The position numbers were made by a program, and so were the translations under genes. 64,000 bases of DNA, taken from IMG/VR virus record IMGVR_UViG_3300002835_000123, one strand, 5' to 3'. A model generated the notes under the pieces. The model saw nothing but the letters and a program-made list of their open reading frames with translations. It had not been told where the DNA came from and searched no databases. Positions within the stretch are counted from its first letter, which is position 1. Each line of letters begins with the position of its first letter. Below are positions 58,556 to 64,000 of the stretch, in pieces. The stretch comes from an uncultured virus (IMG/VR IMGVR_UViG_3300002835_000123) (taxonomy: Duplodnaviria; Heunggongvirae; Uroviricota; Caudoviricetes).

Positions 58556-60220
58556 ATGGAAACAAAAAAAATATCAAAAGATACCATGTTGCGTGAAATG
58601 AAAAAACGCAAAAGTGCCGTTCAGAAAAAAATGATGAAAACTGCTGATAGGATTCGTCTTATTGAAGATTTCAAAAAACAGACTATTGGTAAAGATGTAA
58701 CTTTCAAAGAGTATTTGAAAGCAAAAAATATTGATATAAATAAGTTTTTTGCACCAATGGGATATTATACAGGTGCAGAAAAAGTAGTAAGTAATGATAA
58801 AGAAAATTTACTTCTTGTTTATTGTCAAGGAATGGAGTTTAATCCAAAGGCAGGTTATCATACCCCATCAAGAAAAATAGTTTCTGAAAAAGACCACAAT
58901 GATGTCATACAAAGTAATTTAGGAATGACATGGAATCCAAAATTAAGTCAATATTTTCCAACTACAATTTTTGATACAAATGCCTATTCAAGTGCAGAAG
59001 GTTCAGGAGATACAGGAATTGATATTATGGGCGGTTTAAGGGTAGAAGATTTTTCTAACTTGAACAATAAATCTTATGATGGTGAGGATTACACTTGTTT
59101 TGTCCAAGATTTACTAATTGAAGAATATGATAATTTAGAGGGAGAATTAGATTTGATTGAGGGTTCTATTGGTTCTCTTTATTCTGATTTTGAGGGAGAA
59201 GAAGAAAAAAGTCAAGGAGGAAAAAATTTAAGATGTAGAACAATATGTACTTCTAAACACGCATTTAATAAAAACAAAAGACAAGAATGTTTTGATGAAT
59301 GTGATAAGAAATTTAAACCTTCTGAAAAACAAGAAGAACGTAGAGCAGAGAGAGAAGAAAGAAAAGAATCAAGAAAAGAATTTCGTGAGGATAAAAAGAA
59401 TTGTAAAGAAAGACTACGCAAAGGAGAGATAAATCAAAAACAATATAGAGATTGTCTTAAAGCAGAGAGAAAAGAAAAGAAAAAAGGAGTAAAAGAAGCA
59501 GGAGGAACATTTTTTGTTCGTGCATGGAGAAGCACAGCTAAAGTATTTCCTATTACACTTGTAGGAAGAAATGGAGCATTGTTTATGATAGGTGAAAATG
59601 CTTTCGGTTTTGGAACAAGAGTAGCACCTGCATTACTTTCTGATGAAGAAGCTAAAAAAATATTTAAACCTGAATCAATCAAAAAATCTAAACAAAGTTG
59701 GTTGAAATTACAAAAAGCATGGAAGAATTTAGGTGGTGATGTTGATGCTCTTAAAAAATCTATTCTTAAAGGCTATAAGAAAAAAGCTATGAAAATAGAA
59801 AAAAAATCAAATTTTGAAGGTTCTGAATATACTTATTCATATCAAATAGATTCTGATTATTCTAATTTCTTTGAGCCTGTATCAACAGGAACTTTAGTAA
59901 TAGCAGGAACAAGTGTAGTTACAAGTTTAATTCCTTTAATTGGTAATAATGATAAAGACCCATTCGTTGAAGGACAAACGCCTACTGATTATAAAGAATC
60001 TTTGAGAAGTGGTGATGTAGATAACATACCAACACAAGGAGAAAATACACCAATAGTAGACCCAAATACAGGTGATTGGATTGACCCAAATACAGGTAAA
60101 AAAATAGACCCAACAACAGGTAAATATGATGATAACATATTAGGAATGAACAAATGGGTAGCGATAGGATTAGGAGTAGGTGCATTAGTAGGAGTATATT
60201 ATTTAACGAAGAAAAAATAG
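58556..60220 (+). CDS. large C-terminally anchored membrane protein with several S/N-F-E-G motifs
   Basis: YSSAEG, YDNLEG, YSDFEG, KSNFEG; Cys/basic region; DPNTG x3; ILGMNKWVAIGLGVGALVGVYYLTKKK. Confidence 0.65.
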   Translation: METKKISKDTMLREMKKRKSAVQKKMMKTADRIRLIEDFKKQTIGKDVTFKEYLKAKNIDINKFFAPMGYYTGAEKVVSNDKENLLLVYCQGMEFNPKAGYHTPSRKIVSEKDHNDVIQSNLGMTWNPKLSQYFPTTIFDTNAYSSAEGSGDTGIDIMGGLRVEDFSNLNNKSYDGEDYTCFVQDLLIEEYDNLEGELDLIEGSIGSLYSDFEGEEEKSQGGKNLRCRTICTSKHAFNKNKRQECFDECDKKFKPSEKQEERRAEREERKESRKEFREDKKNCKERLRKGEINQKQYRDCLKAERKEKKKGVKEAGGTFFVRAWRSTAKVFPITLVGRNGALFMIGENAFGFGTRVAPALLSDEEAKKIFKPESIKKSKQSWLKLQKAWKNLGGDVDALKKSILKGYKKKAMKIEKKSNFEGSEYTYSYQIDSDYSNFFEPVSTGTLVIAGTSVVTSLIPLIGNNDKDPFVEGQTPTDYKESLRSGDVDNIPTQGENTPIVDPNTGDWIDPNTGKKIDPTTGKYDDNILGMNKWVAIGLGVGALVGVYYLTKKK

Positions 60221-60226
60221 AAAATA

Positions 60227-61042
60227 ATGGTTATTGAAATACCATCAAATTATTATCCATTTCAACTCAATATGTTTGTTGAATCTAAAGACTTAATTAA
60301 ATTAAGAATAGTAGCGTATGACCCAAACAAACCTTCAACAAAATATTTGGATAGGGTAAGTAAATTAAATGGTAAAAGAAAATACGAATTAAAATTTCCT
60401 GTTGCACCACAAAGATTAAAGATAGCCGTATTTAATGTAGCTAATGGAAGTTTACCTTATGGTGAGGATAGTTCATTTGAATTAGCAGATTTAAAAGTAG
60501 ATAGAATAAAAGAGTATGATGTTTGGTGGAACGCAGATACTCGAAACTTCTACAAATTTGCAGTAGAATTTAGTCAAAATGCAAGTATTCTTTCAGCAGG
60601 AGAATCAAAACCACATATTTACAGAAGTGATGATGGTAAATTTACTATTGATTATTATAACAATATAATTGATAAAAAAAGTAATAAAAAACTAACAACA
60701 CCTGCAAGGATAGGACACAATACAGGAATTATTGAGGTAAGTAAATCAAAGTTCATGAATTATAGTGTGCCTATGCGTATCTTAATTTTAATGCACGAAT
60801 ACGCACACAAATACCTTAATCCAAAAATAGGTAGGGAAATATCTTATGAAACAGGTGCAGATATTCAAGCACTTTATGTTTATTTAGGTAAAGGATGGTC
60901 GCCTTATGAAGCACATAAAACATATTTACAAGTATTTAGAAATGCCAATAATAAATCAAATCATAAGAGATATAAAATAATTGATGATTTCATTAAAAAA
61001 TATGAAAATGGACAAGTTTCAAATGAAATAAAAATGAAATAA
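60227..61042 (+). CDS. zincin-type metallopeptidase
   Basis: ILMHEYAHKY (HExxH) with downstream ETGAD. Confidence 0.75.
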   Translation: MVIEIPSNYYPFQLNMFVESKDLIKLRIVAYDPNKPSTKYLDRVSKLNGKRKYELKFPVAPQRLKIAVFNVANGSLPYGEDSSFELADLKVDRIKEYDVWWNADTRNFYKFAVEFSQNASILSAGESKPHIYRSDDGKFTIDYYNNIIDKKSNKKLTTPARIGHNTGIIEVSKSKFMNYSVPMRILILMHEYAHKYLNPKIGREISYETGADIQALYVYLGKGWSPYEAHKTYLQVFRNANNKSNHKRYKIIDDFIKKYENGQVSNEIKMK

Positions 61043-63631
61043 ATGTCTGAACCAATAAATATAATAGACATAAACGAAAATGAAAGTGTTGCACAATTCA
61101 ATTTTGAAAACAACACATCTTCTCCTATTGCTATAAATTTATTTGATACCGCATCTTTACAGACAATTCCGACAAGTGGTAGCACTCAAACTTCCTATAC
61201 ATCTTCAGGTGATTTGTTACCATCTTTACCACCAAGTTTATTGGAATTTAATCCAACAAATAATGTAATTTTATCAGCAGACCCACTTACTGATTCATAT
61301 AGAGTAATTAACACACTCACAAATACAACTAACAATTCGTTTGATAACTCTATTGGTTTTAATGCCCAAGTTAATGCAATAGTCATACAAACAGATGGTA
61401 AAATCCTTGTAGGCGGTGCATTTGTAGGATATAAAGGACTAACAGAAAATCGTATTATACGATTAAACAGCGATGGCACAAAAGACCTAACTTTTGATAA
61501 CTCTATTGGTTTTAATGCCCAAGTTAATGCAATAGTCATACAAACAGATGGTAAAATTCTTGTAGGCGGTGCATTTACAACATATAAAGGACTAACAGAA
61601 AATCGTATTATACGATTAAACAGCGATGGCACAAAAGACCTAACTTTTGATAACTCTATTGGTTTTAATAATCAAGTTTTTTCAATAGCCATTCAAACAG
61701 ATGGTAAAATACTTTTAGGCGGTGCATTTATAACATATAAAGGACTTGCAGAAGTTCGCATCATACGATTAAACAGCAATGGCACAAAAGACCTAACTTT
61801 TGATAACTCTATTGGATTTGATAATGTTACTCGTAAATTAGCCATACAAACAGATGGTAAAATCCTTGTAGGTGGTCAATTTACATTATACAAAGGACTA
61901 ACAGAAAATCGTATCATACGATTAAACAGCGATGGCACAAAAGACCTAACTTTTGATAACTCTATTGGTTTTAATAGTTTTGTTAATAGAAACGCAATAG
62001 CCATACAAAACGATGGTAAAATCCTTGTAGGCGGTGCATTTGTAGGATATAAAGGACTAACAGAAAATCGTATTATACGATTAAACAGCGATGGCACAAA
62101 AGACCTAACTTTTGATAACTCTATTGGTTTTGATGATGAAGTAAATTTAATATCAATACAAAATGATGGTAAAATCCTTGTAGGCGGTGCATTTACAACA
62201 TATAAAGGGGTATCGGAAAATCGTATAATACGATTAAACAGCAATGGCACAAAAGACCTAAGTTTTGATAACTCTATTGGTTTTAATAATGATTTAATTG
62301 ATTTAGCCATACAAACAGATGGTAAAATCCTTGTAGGCGGTTCATTTACAACATACAAAGGTTATACTAACAATTTTATAATTAATTTAGATACGAATGG
62401 TAATACTAATTCAGTATTACAAGTAGGAAATAATTCTTCTGATTTAGCATATTGTAGCATCAACAATACTTTTTACACCTGTCCAATAGCAGGTATAAAT
62501 AATGATATTAGTGAAATAAGTGGGGATGGTCAAATTAAATTAACTAATATAATATTGCCTTCGCCTACACAAGTTTGTGAGCAAGTAGAATACAATGTTT
62601 CTAATAATTCTATGTATTATTTAGTGGCAAATACATTTCCAACACCACATGATATTTTAGTATTAGATTGCAGTACAAACACATTTACAGCAACTATTAA
62701 TATGCCTTCAGCGTTGATTAGTGGTTTGTCAAATGTTACCGCAACTAATGATATGTATTTTTTTGATGGTACATCAGGATTGTTACAAAAAATAAATTGC
62801 ACATCAAATACCATAGTTTTAGTAAATATTACACTACCAAACATAAGTGTATCGGTAAGTTCTATTCAATACAACGCATCAACTAATTTAATATATGTAA
62901 TGAGTTCTGCTACAAATATTGTAGATGTTGTTGATGCAAGTACAGACACATATTTAACATCAATTACAATACCTGCTATATATAACTTTAGTCCATTTTT
63001 ATCTTCAATAAATACAACTACAAATCAGTTATTTATTTCAGATAGTAATGCACTAAACCAAAAGCAGTTTGCAGTTATTGATTGTCAGAGTAATACATTT
63101 AATGCAGTACAATCTTTAGGAATAGGAGTAGGAGCAACGTATGGAGTTATGTACAATTCCTACAATCAGCAAATGTATGTTAGTGGTTCATTATTTTCAA
63201 TCGTTACCTTTATAGCAACACCATTCTTTATTGGAGGTACAAATTACAACTATTTTGTAAATAGTTTAACCAACGAACCTATATCAGTAGACAAAATACG
63301 GATTATTACAATAAGCCAAATACAATTATATAACCAAGTACAATTCACGAAAATAGATTCAAATGGTAATCAAATATTCTTCCCTGAATTTCCAATTACT
63401 AAAGTTGATTCATACCAAGAACAAGGTAATATATCTATATTAAAATTGAATGGTTTAATATTCGATGGAAGAACTTACATAAATGGTTATGTAATCAACC
63501 CAAATCAAGTAGTAAGTTTTGAAGTATATTATAGGCAATTAGACAGAGATAATATTAAAAGTTTGTTTGAAAAACTAACCTTTAAAAAACAATTATTGAA
63601 AGGTCTTTTTGATGATGCAGTTGAGTTATAA
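61043..63631 (+). CDS. capsid-protein paralog with inserted delta-60-type and second beta-propellers (candidate vertex/spike protein)
   Basis: IQTDGKILVGG.F...RIIRLNSDG..D.TF repeats; N- and C-terminal segments align by eye with 54606-55370. Confidence 0.7.
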   Translation: MSEPINIIDINENESVAQFNFENNTSSPIAINLFDTASLQTIPTSGSTQTSYTSSGDLLPSLPPSLLEFNPTNNVILSADPLTDSYRVINTLTNTTNNSFDNSIGFNAQVNAIVIQTDGKILVGGAFVGYKGLTENRIIRLNSDGTKDLTFDNSIGFNAQVNAIVIQTDGKILVGGAFTTYKGLTENRIIRLNSDGTKDLTFDNSIGFNNQVFSIAIQTDGKILLGGAFITYKGLAEVRIIRLNSNGTKDLTFDNSIGFDNVTRKLAIQTDGKILVGGQFTLYKGLTENRIIRLNSDGTKDLTFDNSIGFNSFVNRNAIAIQNDGKILVGGAFVGYKGLTENRIIRLNSDGTKDLTFDNSIGFDDEVNLISIQNDGKILVGGAFTTYKGVSENRIIRLNSNGTKDLSFDNSIGFNNDLIDLAIQTDGKILVGGSFTTYKGYTNNFIINLDTNGNTNSVLQVGNNSSDLAYCSINNTFYTCPIAGINNDISEISGDGQIKLTNIILPSPTQVCEQVEYNVSNNSMYYLVANTFPTPHDILVLDCSTNTFTATINMPSALISGLSNVTATNDMYFFDGTSGLLQKINCTSNTIVLVNITLPNISVSVSSIQYNASTNLIYVMSSATNIVDVVDASTDTYLTSITIPAIYNFSPFLSSINTTTNQLFISDSNALNQKQFAVIDCQSNTFNAVQSLGIGVGATYGVMYNSYNQQMYVSGSLFSIVTFIATPFFIGGTNYNYFVNSLTNEPISVDKIRIITISQIQLYNQVQFTKIDSNGNQIFFPEFPITKVDSYQEQGNISILKLNGLIFDGRTYINGYVINPNQVVSFEVYYRQLDRDNIKSLFEKLTFKKQLLKGLFDDAVEL
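61340..62405 (+). repeat. coding tandem repeat, 7 units of about 153 bp (51-aa delta-60-type repeat)
   Basis: TTTGATAACTCTATTGG at 61340, 61493, 61646, 61799, 61952, 62111, 62264. Confidence 0.95.
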
Positions 63632-63643
63632 AAGAAAAAAAAT

Positions 63644-63838
63644 ATGATAAAAAACATTTTTATTGAAAAAAGTAGTACATTTGATACTGAACAAATACAT
63701 TCTACTGAACATAATTGGTTTTCAACACGTATAAATCCTTTGTTATCAATGGAATATACGAATGAATTATTGAAAAATAGATTCAATTACCATTATGTTA
63801 AAAACAAAAAAAATATTGTTAAACCAAAACAATCGTAA
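63644..63838 (+). CDS. hypothetical protein
   Basis: Short ORF with A-rich start after spike gene. Confidence 0.4.
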   Translation: MIKNIFIEKSSTFDTEQIHSTEHNWFSTRINPLLSMEYTNELLKNRFNYHYVKNKKNIVKPKQS

Positions 63839-64000
63839 AGGTTGTATTAGATATTTGCTATAATGAAAAATTGGCAGTTGAATTTAATTGTTTTCGGAAC
63901 ATTGAGTGTTGTTGTTGCAGTTATTGTAAAAAAGCAATATGAATTGATACGAAAAGACTTAAAACAAAATTGGGATGTGTAAATCATTGACCAAGTATAT

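Noticed and set aside
61195..62358. Minus-strand ORFs of 145 and 160 aa, and similar antisense ORFs such as 16381-16608, 26557-26988 and 14123-14431
   Set aside because: Shadows of repetitive or long plus-strand genes

Overview
Very AT-rich, densely coding, mostly + strand segment of what is most likely a large dsDNA virus of a Bacteroidota host. Host evidence: repeated TAnnTTTG -7 promoter boxes, A-rich translation starts without Shine-Dalgarno, and a DUF3127-like gene. I recognise no terminase, portal, HK97 capsid or tail gene. Instead there is an FtsK/HerA/A32-type packaging ATPase (44531-45343), a beta-rich candidate single jelly-roll capsid protein (54606-55370), a paralog of it with beta-propellers inserted (61043-63631), a run of C-terminally anchored membrane proteins and a zincin protease. 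This points to a tailless, membrane-containing virion (inference). Layout: 1-820 non-coding; 0.85-9.1 kb small accessory genes (cysC module, SSBs, HTH, glycosyltransferase, CX5R phosphatase); 9.2-41.9 kb giant modular proteins; 42-45 kb DnaA-domain-IV protein and ATPase; 45-54 kb glycan synthesis/modification cluster; 54-64 kb structural module. In the 9.2-41.9 kb block about 50 copies of a [FYM]-x-x-G-G linker separate unrelated domains (ADP-ribosyltransferases, GNATs, Nudix, ParB, LRR, SNF2 helicase, ArdA, PcfJ, beta-clamp-like, SH3-like). The most novel-looking signals are this linker-punctuated polyprotein arsenal, a second distinct 'S/N-F-E-G' motif in the capsid/membrane proteins, a shared helical tag on three cargo proteins, and an A11 frameshift joining two ORFs. 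All family assignments are by motif recognition by eye; no searches were run.
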